64,000 bases of DNA, from the NCBI GenBank assembly GCA_039189905.1, contig JBCCYK010000003.1, positions 13,813 through 77,812 on the forward strand, in the 5' to 3' direction. Made by a program: the position numbers and the translations under genes. Of this stretch, positions 56,044-64,000 are shown piece after piece (positions within the stretch are counted from its first letter, which is position 1; each line of letters begins with the position of its first letter). The stretch comes from Planctomycetota bacterium (GTDB lineage Bacteria; Planctomycetota; Planctomycetia; Pirellulales; Pirellulaceae). The notes under the pieces were generated by a model. It made no database searches, was not told where the DNA came from, and saw only the letters and a list, made by a program, of their open reading frames with translations.

Positions 56044-57729
56044 ATGACAGAAGTCGAATCATCGCCCGAGGCTTCGGGTGGCATGCCCCTTCCACCGCGA
56101 TGGTGGTTGTCCAAGGGTGATGTCAATGCGTTCTTTGGGTTGATGCTTGATAATCTCGCCGGGTTGTTGTTAACCGTCGCGCTCCTTGCGAGTTTCGGAT
56201 TGCCGGCAGAGTTCACCGTTTCCCACATGATTCCGGGAACGGCTCTGGGTGTCCTGGTTGGCGATATCGCGTTCTTCTTGCTCGCGCTCCGCGTCGCCAA
56301 GCGTGATGGCCGGGCCGACGTGACGGCGATGCCCCTGGGATTGGACACGCCATCCACCTTCGGAATGATCCTGTTGGTGCTGGGGCCGTGCTTCACTCAG
56401 GCCCGCGCTAACGGCATGGATGTGACGGAAGCGTCGATTCACACATGGCATGTTGGTATGGCGAGTATCGTCATCAGTGGGATCATGAAGTTGATGCTTG
56501 CCCCGATTTGCAATTGGGTACGAGACCTTGTCCCACGCGCTGGCTTGCTGGGTTCATTGGCGGCCATCGCGTTGGTCTTAATCAGCTTCTTTCCTCTGAC
56601 TCACATCCTCGGTTCTCCACTCCCGGGCTTGGTGGCATTGATCATCGTGCTCGGGACCCTGATCGGTCACGTGCCTTTGCCGGGTCGAACGCCGGGGACT
56701 CTGGGCGCGCTCGTGGTGGCAGTGGCTGTCTACTACTTTTTGGCTCTGATTGGTGTGTTTGGTTACGAACTCCCAGATGCACCGGAGGTCGTGTGGCTGC
56801 CGACGGGATGGCTGGAGTCGTTCTCCTTCGCGTGGCTGAGCGCGCTCCGTGATGCGGTGGTTTATTTGCCGTTTGTGCTCCCGTTCGCGTTGGCGACAGT
56901 TGTGGGTGGGATCGATTGCACGGAATCAGCAGCGGCGGCGGGCGACCACTACGACACCCGTGTTGTGATTGGCATTGAGGGTGCTGCGACCTTGCTGGCC
57001 GGACTTTCTGGCGGCGTGATTCAGACAACGCCGTACATCGGCCACCCGGCCTACAAGGCGATGGGCGGCCGAGCCGGTTACACGCTGGCGACCGCGTTGC
57101 TGATTGGATCGGCCGGGATTCTGGGGTATTTCGCGTGGCTCAATGCTTGGATCCCGGCTCCGGTGGTTTATCCGATTTTGGTGTTTATCGGATTGGAGAT
57201 CACGTCGCAGACGTTCCTTGCAACGCCGAAACGCCACTATGCCGCCGTAGCGGTCGCCTGCTTGCCGGCCTTGGCGTACCTGGCCATGAGTCTGCCGGAT
57301 CGGATTTTTGGCGACGTCGCTTTGTTGGAAGCCGGCATCAGCGAAACCGCCTTGGCCGACATTTTTTTGCAGCACGACATCGCAACGCTGAGGATGCTGA
57401 GCAACGGTTTCATTGTGACGTCGTTGCTATGGGCTTGGATTCTCGCTTCCTTGATCGACCGCCGACTGAAGCTGGCTTCGTGTGTGCTGGCGGTCGCGGG
57501 CTGTCTCACGGCGATCGGTGTGATGCACTCACCGTTGCCGGGCAACCGAATCTTCTTGCCATTCCCGGTCGAAGCCGAAGGCGCTTGGGGCCAATTGGCG
57601 TTGCCGTCGGATCAGATCGGACATGTGGCCGAGTTTGTCTTGGCCTACTTTGTCACCGCCTTGATTGTCTGGGGCTGGTCCAAGTGCGTCGTGCTGGAGC
57701 CTCGATCGGACGAAGCCGAATCTGCCTAG
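56044..57729 (+). CDS. NCS2/AzgA-like nucleobase permease family membrane protein
   Basis: Polytopic membrane protein. Segments such as TTPYIGHPAYKAMGGRAGYTLATALLIG resemble the AzgA-type motif (SYIES-AGV-GGRTG). The family assignment is by eye only. Confidence 0.55.
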   Translation: MTEVESSPEASGGMPLPPRWWLSKGDVNAFFGLMLDNLAGLLLTVALLASFGLPAEFTVSHMIPGTALGVLVGDIAFFLLALRVAKRDGRADVTAMPLGLDTPSTFGMILLVLGPCFTQARANGMDVTEASIHTWHVGMASIVISGIMKLMLAPICNWVRDLVPRAGLLGSLAAIALVLISFFPLTHILGSPLPGLVALIIVLGTLIGHVPLPGRTPGTLGALVVAVAVYYFLALIGVFGYELPDAPEVVWLPTGWLESFSFAWLSALRDAVVYLPFVLPFALATVVGGIDCTESAAAAGDHYDTRVVIGIEGAATLLAGLSGGVIQTTPYIGHPAYKAMGGRAGYTLATALLIGSAGILGYFAWLNAWIPAPVVYPILVFIGLEITSQTFLATPKRHYAAVAVACLPALAYLAMSLPDRIFGDVALLEAGISETALADIFLQHDIATLRMLSNGFIVTSLLWAWILASLIDRRLKLASCVLAVAGCLTAIGVMHSPLPGNRIFLPFPVEAEGAWGQLALPSDQIGHVAEFVLAYFVTALIVWGWSKCVVLEPRSDEAESA

Positions 57730-57742
57730 CATCATGCACGCC

Positions 57743-58879
57743 TCACGTTGGCCGCTGCACGGAGGGGACCGCTGGCATTGGGGCGACCGGGACCTCCGGG
57801 ATGTCATCGATCTCCTGGCCACCGGCTGATTGCCGAAGCAAGAGGTAACTCCCACCGATAAGCGACCAACTCAAGGCAATCAGGCTCGCGTTGGTGACGA
57901 CCGAGAGAATCCCGGGAACAGATCGCGGGACGGCCTGAACTGGGATCAAGGCGAGCAGGGTGGAACAAAACCAGTTGAACCCATGGGAAGTGGCCAAGAG
58001 CAGCAACAGGACCACGGTGATGAGAAAGGCGGCGTAGACGAGGCGGCGCAGGCAGTATTCATACCCGCGGCTAAGCGCATCGAGCGCGTCCGCGCCGTCT
58101 TCGATCGAGATGGCCGCCCAGGAAAGCGGGATCGCGGCTTTGCTGAAACCAAGCAGGATTGCCGCAGGCAGTGTCAATCCGGCGATCAAAAGGCCCGCCA
58201 CGAGATCCATGATCGAGAAACTTGTCTCGGGTCCTCCAAACAGGCTCAGATAGGGCCAACAAACAAGCCAGCTAAGGATTAGGAACGGCAGCGATGCGAG
58301 GGCAGGAACCACGGAAGCGATCCAAGCCCGAGGTGTCTTGCGAACCGAAGCCACCAGGGTGGGGCGTGTTCGCGGCAGATCACGCCCCGAGGTGAGGTGA
58401 CCGCCGAGATGCAAAAACGACAAGGCAAAGGGTGTCCAGACCAGGAGTGTCCACACAACCAGCAAGGTGACGGCAGCAAAACCGTTTGCAGAAGCGACAA
58501 AAGGCCGAAGCATCTCCGGTGCATCGAAGTGAGTGCCGCTTCCGATCCAGGCAAAGATCATCTCCGAAGGGCTTACAAGAATCGCCGTCGCCAACGCGCT
58601 GGAGCCAACAAGGTCCCCTACGAAGCGTTCGATGCCAAGCTGCCACAGTGAAAAGACGAGCGTTGCGATGCCGACCCAGATGGGTGAGGCCAGAACGCGG
58701 GCGGTTTTTAGCAAGCGAAGCGCGGGAAACAGATCGTGCCAAGAATGCACGCTGGCGAACAAGCCGCCCTCGACCATGTGCCCACGATAGATGGGAGCTG
58801 CGCCGAGGGCCGTGCTGTCTGTCGCAGACGAGCTGTCGGTCGGAGATGAATCGTCATCGGCTTGCTCTGCATGGGTCAT
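57743..58879 (-). CDS. polytopic membrane protein of unknown function
   Basis: About 378 aa with 7-8 hydrophobic segments and an acidic Ser/Asp-rich N-terminus. The ATG at 58879 overlaps the stop of the upstream BNR gene (ATGA). Confidence 0.65.
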   Translation of the reverse strand: MTHAEQADDDSSPTDSSSATDSTALGAAPIYRGHMVEGGLFASVHSWHDLFPALRLLKTARVLASPIWVGIATLVFSLWQLGIERFVGDLVGSSALATAILVSPSEMIFAWIGSGTHFDAPEMLRPFVASANGFAAVTLLVVWTLLVWTPFALSFLHLGGHLTSGRDLPRTRPTLVASVRKTPRAWIASVVPALASLPFLILSWLVCWPYLSLFGGPETSFSIMDLVAGLLIAGLTLPAAILLGFSKAAIPLSWAAISIEDGADALDALSRGYEYCLRRLVYAAFLITVVLLLLLATSHGFNWFCSTLLALIPVQAVPRSVPGILSVVTNASLIALSWSLIGGSYLLLRQSAGGQEIDDIPEVPVAPMPAVPSVQRPT

Positions 58880-61716
58880 GGCGTGGCGATTTCTTCGACA
58901 CGGCGCCAACGGGTCGCGATCGGCATTGGATTCATGCCGGAGATCGTTCGCGGTCCCTGGTCGGCGTCCAACGAACGGGGATTCAACGGAATCGGCGTCA
59001 CGCTAATCAGCCAATGCTTGGGTGGGCTCGTGGTGCGCCGCGGCTGTGTTCCAAGTGATGCCTTGGCACGAGGTTCGAGAGACATGGGCATCGAAGGCGA
59101 TTGCATGGGCGGATTGGGAAGTTCGCCGCGGGGGATGGCGATTTCTGCCAACAATTCATGCTCGGGAGTAGCACCGGGGTCAGTCAAGGAAGCATACCAT
59201 CGTGGTTGCCAAGCATGCCGGTTGTCCACATGGGTTGTCGAGCGACCCTGACTGGGGAACAGATCCAGGCAAAACGCGTTGAGGGGATCCATATCACGAT
59301 CGAGCCGGATTCGGATGGCGGACGGGGACGCCTGCGGGTTGGGTTTCTGGGCGGCGACCGCGATGAAGTAGTAGTCCGTGTCGCAGGCGAGCCAGACCCG
59401 GTGAAGGGGCGTGGTCCATGTCGCCGCGTTGGTCCAACAGGGATCGTCGGCCATCCCATCAAGCCGGGGACGGGGCGAATGCTGCCGCAACCGAACCTCT
59501 TGCCAAGCCTGTTTCGCAGCGAGTGTTGCCGGTGTGACGCCGTAGCCTGCCGTCACGACGGGGTGGAGATCCCATATCCGGTTGGGCATCGCGTTGACGG
59601 GATCTGCGTCCGGTTGCGCCGCGGGCAAGCGGACCCATTGTTGCGTCGCGAGCGCGGAACTGACTCGCATGGGAACGGGGGACTTGGTGCGGGTTCCATC
59701 GATCAGGAGAGAATCGATGCCTTGGGTCTGTTGGATTCCCCAGGGGTAAGTCGCCTGAGACGGCATCACGTCTTCGGGACCCGATTCGTAGGCTGCGGTC
59801 TTCACCTGAAACGGTGATCTTGTTGGACCTCGTGTCGACAGGATCGGGGTCTTTTGGGCCTTTTCTTGTTCGCGGCGTATGGCCTGAACACTTAACGCAT
59901 TGGCCTGAGTGCTTTGAGCCTGAGGACTTGGAATCGAGTGCGACGTCGCATCTGTGAACCAATCCTTTGGGGCCACCCACTGGCGCTCGATGCTGTGATG
60001 GTTGGAGTGCTGCTTCAATCGGGCCCATCGGGCGGCTGGCGCAAAGCCGGTCTTCGCTAGTTCCGCCAACAGGGCTTCCTCCTGCGTCCCCTTTTGGGCG
60101 ATTGCGGAATGGCGATCGGATTCCAAATGCCGGAGCGCGGTCCAGATGATTCGGATGCGGTCGATGGATTCCATCTGCGAGAGAACTTGTGACAACAAGC
60201 TCGGCTCCATGACCTGGTCGGACAGCATCGTCAGGACGCGTCCCCGATGTTGTTTGGCGGCGTTGGCGATCTGCACTCGGTGACGCGTCGCTTGCGGTAG
60301 TTGTTTCTTGGGTTTGCGAGACCCAAATGGCGCTGAGTCGAAGCCGCTGGCATGGGCCGTCGTCAATGGCCGGCCTCGCAAGGTAAAGGTGGTGCCCTGC
60401 CATGCGTATGCGTGGGGGCAAAGGAGCAGATCGGCATCGAGCATCAAGTCATCGGTGGTCAAGGCGAGTGGCGTCAGCATGGTTTGAGTTCGAATGCTGG
60501 GACGGATCGGCCTTTCTTCGTTGCCGGGATGGCGATGCACGCGAAAAAGGACGTTCAGTGCAAACGCGTTGGCTTGCCCCTTGGCTTCTCGGTGAGCTTG
60601 TCGCCATCGATCGCGTTGTGTCTCCGAAAGCGATTCGCCGGAGACAAGTGTTGCCGTAGGGTTGTCTTGAAGGATCGCGACTCGCGTTGCGTGATCGGTC
60701 GCAATGCGGACGGCTCCGATCCCCAAGCGTCCAGCGACTTGTCGGAGGCGGTCGCGCTGTTGGAGCGACCTAACCGCGTCCGGGGTCGAGTCCGCGTGAT
60801 CGAGAATCAGGGTGATTCTTTGGCCGTCGATCAGCGATTCCCGTCCGAGCCAGGCCCAAGGTATCTGGGTGGCTTCACCGCAGATGACCACCTTGGACGC
60901 CGTGTTCTTATTGCCACGCACGACGGTGCAAACACCAGTCTCGGACGAGCCCTGTGACGGGACGCATTGGATCTTGCCGTGATCAGCGGTCTCGAAACGC
61001 ACTCGCTGGCCCGTTGTGTCCATCAGTTCGCGTGTGCTGCCGGGGTTTGCGGCAAAGGCAGCGTTCAAGTCTTCCTTCGGCCACCGACTTTCATGCGTTG
61101 GTCCCCACGTCACACCTCCATCCTGCGAGACAAAAAGGGAAGTGCCTTCGACCGGGCATGGATCACCCAGTCCTAGGACCTGCCCCGATCGGAAATCCAG
61201 AACCACACGCCGGATCCTGGGCAGCTCTTCGCCATGGGCATGTTGCCAGCTCAGTCCCGCGTTGTCGCTCACGAGCACGATGCCGCGTGACAGGTTCGTG
61301 ATCGGTTCGTAGGCGCCTCCGACCACGATGACGCGTTCGTCAGAGAGCCAAACCACGTCGTCGAGTGGGAACTGGGTTGGCGATTCCATCGTGCGCCACG
61401 TTTGGCCGCCGTCCGGACTGCGCGTGATCGCTCCCGCGTCGCCGACGGCAATCAAAACACGCGAAGTGGGATCTGCGATGCGATTCGCGGCGATGGCCCT
61501 CAGGGCCGTGTCTTCCTGGACGCGATGACGCGTTCCCGGGATCGCGGGGAATGCCATGGCGGGCGCTGGTTCGGCGATCGCGAGTCGCCCCGCGTGGGGG
61601 GGTGACGTCACGGAGGAGCGGAACGTGTCCTGCCCGGCTACAAAGCGTGTCAGAAGCACAAGCCACAGCATCACAGCGCCGGTCTGGTTCTTTCGCATTG
61701 TCAATCCAACCTTCAT
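58876..61716 (-). CDS. secreted BNR/Ycf48-like beta-propeller protein with long C-terminal extension
   Basis: Signal-like N-terminus (AVMLWLVLLTRFVAG). BNR-type repeats: SPDGGQTW, SDNAGLSW, SQDGGVTW. The start at 61716 overlaps the crcB stop (ATGA); 61698 is an alternative. The ORF-track extension to 62085 overlaps crcB and is rejected. Confidence 0.7.
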   Translation of the reverse strand: MKVGLTMRKNQTGAVMLWLVLLTRFVAGQDTFRSSVTSPPHAGRLAIAEPAPAMAFPAIPGTRHRVQEDTALRAIAANRIADPTSRVLIAVGDAGAITRSPDGGQTWRTMESPTQFPLDDVVWLSDERVIVVGGAYEPITNLSRGIVLVSDNAGLSWQHAHGEELPRIRRVVLDFRSGQVLGLGDPCPVEGTSLFVSQDGGVTWGPTHESRWPKEDLNAAFAANPGSTRELMDTTGQRVRFETADHGKIQCVPSQGSSETGVCTVVRGNKNTASKVVICGEATQIPWAWLGRESLIDGQRITLILDHADSTPDAVRSLQQRDRLRQVAGRLGIGAVRIATDHATRVAILQDNPTATLVSGESLSETQRDRWRQAHREAKGQANAFALNVLFRVHRHPGNEERPIRPSIRTQTMLTPLALTTDDLMLDADLLLCPHAYAWQGTTFTLRGRPLTTAHASGFDSAPFGSRKPKKQLPQATRHRVQIANAAKQHRGRVLTMLSDQVMEPSLLSQVLSQMESIDRIRIIWTALRHLESDRHSAIAQKGTQEEALLAELAKTGFAPAARWARLKQHSNHHSIERQWVAPKDWFTDATSHSIPSPQAQSTQANALSVQAIRREQEKAQKTPILSTRGPTRSPFQVKTAAYESGPEDVMPSQATYPWGIQQTQGIDSLLIDGTRTKSPVPMRVSSALATQQWVRLPAAQPDADPVNAMPNRIWDLHPVVTAGYGVTPATLAAKQAWQEVRLRQHSPRPRLDGMADDPCWTNAATWTTPLHRVWLACDTDYYFIAVAAQKPNPQASPSAIRIRLDRDMDPLNAFCLDLFPSQGRSTTHVDNRHAWQPRWYASLTDPGATPEHELLAEIAIPRGELPNPPMQSPSMPMSLEPRAKASLGTQPRRTTSPPKHWLISVTPIPLNPRSLDADQGPRTISGMNPMPIATRWRRVEEIATP

Positions 61717-62129
61717 CCTGCCCAGCTTCGAACCAAATAGCCGGTACCCAAAAACAGCACGATTCCGGTGATCGTATTGACCAGCAGCAGCCCCACTCCG
61801 GCGGCCAACCTGCCCGAGCCTGAAAGTTGGAGCGATTCCCCGATCAACGTGGAAAAGGTCGTGAGACTGCCCAGAAAACCGATGCGAATGGCAAGGAAAA
61901 GTCTCTCTTGGCCGGTTTCGGGTTGGATCGCCGCAATCAACAACCATTCCGCGACTCCCCCGAGCAGGGCACATCCCAGGCAGTTGGCGAGCAAGGTCCC
62001 CAAGTAGGGGCTCCCGCCTGCGAGCCCCTGTAGCCCGGGATGGGTGGCGATTCCATTGAGCCCATAGCGACAAATGGCACCGCACGCACCAGCCACTCCA
62101 ATCAACAGGGCGTTCAGGGCGGTGTTCAC
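61713..62129 (-). CDS. crcB: fluoride ion channel CrcB/FluC
   Basis: 138 aa with four hydrophobic segments and the signature GFLGSLTTFST. GTG start at 62129. Confidence 0.88.
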   Translation of the reverse strand: MNTALNALLIGVAGACGAICRYGLNGIATHPGLQGLAGGSPYLGTLLANCLGCALLGGVAEWLLIAAIQPETGQERLFLAIRIGFLGSLTTFSTLIGESLQLSGSGRLAAGVGLLLVNTITGIVLFLGTGYLVRSWAG

Positions 62130-62353
62130 GGTCGATGAAATCCCGGTGGGGAGAACAGGTTCGTCGGCCCAGTCCGGGGCTGGACCTCGGTTTTCACCAT
62201 TGCCAGTGTGCGGGTGGGAACTTAATCTCTGATATTCCCCAACAATCGGAAGATTTGCGCGTCGGCGGCAAGGTCCATTTGGACGTGAATGCCGCCGCAG
62301 GCAAGGATTTTCTGACCGTTTGTCCCCCGATCATCTAGCTCGATAGACCCGCA

Positions 62354-64000
62354 ATGAGTACTGCTTCGCAGCCCAAGTCCGCCGAATCCTCACGAACCCT
62401 GACCGGAGCCGACATCCTGGTCAAATCGTTGGTGGATCACGGGGTGGAAGTCCTCTTTGCGTACCCCGGTGGCTGCAGCATGCCCATGCACCAGTCGCTG
62501 ACGCGGTTCGGCGAGTCGCTACGCACGGTGCTGCCACGGCATGAGCAAGGTGGCGCCTTTGCAGCCCAGGGCTACGCGCGAAGCACGGGCAAGGTCGGTG
62601 TCGTGATGGCCACCAGTGGCCCGGGCGCGACCAATCTGGTGACGGCCATTGCCGATGCCAAGCTGGATAGTGTTCCCATGCTCTGCATCACGGGGCAAGT
62701 ACCCACGGCTGCGATCGGATCCGATGCGTTTCAAGAAACCCCGATGGTGGAGATCTGTCGCGGCATCACCAAACATCATTATTTGGTGACCGACATTGCG
62801 GATCTACCGCGTGTCATGAAGGAGGCCTTCTACGTGGCGACGAGTGGACGACCCGGCCCTGTTTTGGTGGACATGCCGAAAGACGTTCAGTTGGCCAACG
62901 CCGATATCGATATGGATCCACCGATGGATCTACCGGGTTACGATCCAACTCCCACAGCGGTGCCGACCGAAACCATTCGGCAGATCACTGCTGCGATCCG
63001 CCTGGCACGTCGACCGGTCATTTATGCCGGGGGTGGGATCATCACGGGTGAGGCGAGCAAGGAACTACGCACGCTGATTCAGAAGACGGGGATACCGACC
63101 GTGACAACGGTCATGGGGATCGGTGCTGTCAGCCCAGAAGACCCCCACTCCTTGGATTGGCTGGGCATGCACGGCGCGGCTTATGCCAACTATGCCGTTC
63201 GGGACTGTGATTTGTTGATCGCATTGGGGGTGCGCTTCGACGATCGTGTAACCGGGAAGGTCGAAGCCTTTGCCAAGGATGCCAAGATCATCCACGTGGA
63301 CATCGACGCGTCCGAGCTCAACAAGAACAAACAAGCGCACATCCCGGTTCGAGGCGACGTGAAACAAGTGCTGACCGAGGTCAACAAGATCGTGCAGCGG
63401 CCCGAGATCGACGCTTGGCAAGAGCACTGTGACAAGCTGAAGGCTGAGTACCCACTGAAGTACGACGAACAGTTCGATGGGATTCTGCAACAGCACGCGG
63501 TGAAGACACTGAGTGATCTCACGGCGGAACGCGACTCCTACATCACCGTCGGTGTTGGCCAGCACCAAATGTGGGCCGCTCAGTTTTACAAGTTCCGCAA
63601 GCCGCGCACGTGGCTCAGTAGCAGTGGGTTGGGCACCATGGGCTTTGGTTTGCCCGCCGCGATGGGCGTGCAGGCGGCTCATCCAAATTCACTGGTGATT
63701 GATATCGATGGCGACGGCAGCTTCCAAATGAACGTTCAGGAGCTGGCGACTTGTTTCTGTGAAGAGTTGCCCGTGAAGGTGCTGCTGCTCAATAACCAGC
63801 ACCTGGGGATGGTGGTCCAGTGGGAAGACCGGTTCATGGATCGCAATCGTGCCCACACCTACCTCGGACCAATCCACCACGATGAAGCGCGTGGACAAAG
63901 CGAGGCGGACCGGTTTGAGTACGCCAAGGATCGTTACCCGAACTTCGTGCAGATTGCGAAGGGCTACGGTTGTGGTGCGGCGACGGTCCGCAAGAAAGCT
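62354..64000 (+). CDS. ilvB: acetolactate synthase large subunit (3' end outside window)
   Basis: Not in the supplied ORF track because it has no stop in the window. I translated it by hand from ATG 62354: [60 protein letters not shown] (ThDP motif). The frame is open to the window end. Confidence 0.92.
   Translation, partial: MSTASQPKSAESSRTLTGADILVKSLVDHGVEVLFAYPGGCSMPMHQSLTRFGESLRTVLPRHEQGGAFAAQGYARSTGKVGVVMATSGPGATNLVTAIADAKLDSVPMLCITGQVPTAAIGSDAFQETPMVEICRGITKHHYLVTDIADLPRVMKEAFYVATSGRPGPVLVDMPKDVQLANADIDMDPPMDLPGYDPTPTAVPTETIRQITAAIRLARRPVIYAGGGIITGEASKELRTLIQKTGIPTVTTVMGIGAVSPEDPHSLDWLGMHGAAYANYAVRDCDLLIALGVRFDDRVTGKVEAFAKDAKIIHVDIDASELNKNKQAHIPVRGDVKQVLTEVNKIVQRPEIDAWQEHCDKLKAEYPLKYDEQFDGILQQHAVKTLSDLTAERDSYITVGVGQHQMWAAQFYKFRKPRTWLSSSGLGTMGFGLPAAMGVQAAHPNSLVIDIDGDGSFQMNVQELATCFCEELPVKVLLLNNQHLGMVVQWEDRFMDRNRAHTYLGPIHHDEARGQSEADRFEYAKDRYPNFVQIAKGYGCGAATVRKKA

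Noticed and set aside
59459-60421. 320-aa minus-strand ORF inside the BNR-protein gene
   Set aside because: It lies on the same strand in an alternative frame. Its Arg/Pro/Ser-rich composition is typical of an off-frame GC-rich translation, and the main frame has BNR repeats and a continuous ORF.
62130-62353. Possible fluoride (crcB-motif) riboswitch upstream of crcB
   Set aside because: I reverse-complemented the 225-nt leader and looked for the conserved core: GGxGAUG...CC, AAACxGCC, CUGAUG...CCUAC. Only loose resemblances appear (GGCAAUGGUGAAAACCG, GCCGACGAACCUG), and P1 cannot be closed. A stable hairpin GGCGGCA...UGCCGCC exists but does not fit the motif. A cmsearch with Rfam RF01734 would settle this; a hit above the gathering threshold would overturn my rejection.
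63065-63682. 205-aa minus-strand ORF, plus neighbours 62519-62779, 63190-63522 and 63689-63898
   Set aside because: These are antisense shadows of the hand-translated ilvB frame, which carries unambiguous ThDP-enzyme motifs.
1-64000. CRISPR arrays, transposases, integrases, prophage or plasmid modules, rRNA and tRNA genes
   Set aside because: I saw no regularly spaced direct repeats and no ORFs with DDE, tyrosine- or serine-recombinase, capsid or terminase motifs. No intergenic gap is long or structured enough to hold an rRNA or tRNA gene. The only mobile element supported is the dnaE intein.

Overview
This 64 kb window looks like a chromosomal segment of a moderately GC-rich Planctomycetota genome, Pirellulaceae or Rhodopirellula-like. 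That placement is inferred from gene content: a stand-alone H4MPT-pathway mch, a giant Ser/Thr kinase-NTPase-FGE fusion, ThuA, DUF58/BatA and BNR-propeller proteins, and almost no Shine-Dalgarno sites. About 40 protein-coding genes are densely packed, and many are translationally coupled through ATGA overlaps. Most are housekeeping: asnB, dnaE, hsp20, pyc, pyrC, upp, the rpmE-prfA-prmC operon, purC, mch, a sigma-70 factor, crcB and ilvB. I found no rRNA, tRNA, CRISPR array, transposase, integrase or prophage genes. The clearest non-standard element is a 409-aa intein with a LAGLIDADG endonuclease that interrupts dnaE inside the conserved GYGFNK|SHSTAYA motif. The best candidate for an undescribed system is the accessory stretch at about 20.5-31.4 kb. 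It holds a secreted multidomain metzincin, an 83-codon ORF followed by a strong hairpin, two divergent glycosyltransferase genes that share a private 5-Cys N-terminal domain, and a 1592-aa kinase/STAND-like NTPase/TM/FGE protein. Other points of interest are two families of hairpin-forming intergenic repeats, a degenerate LitR/CarH-like regulator divergent from the sigma factor with a perfect 10-bp inverted repeat, a crcB-led ATGA-coupled three-gene operon, and a YhaO/YhaN-type nuclease/ATPase pair. All function calls rest on motif recognition by eye; no database searches were run.
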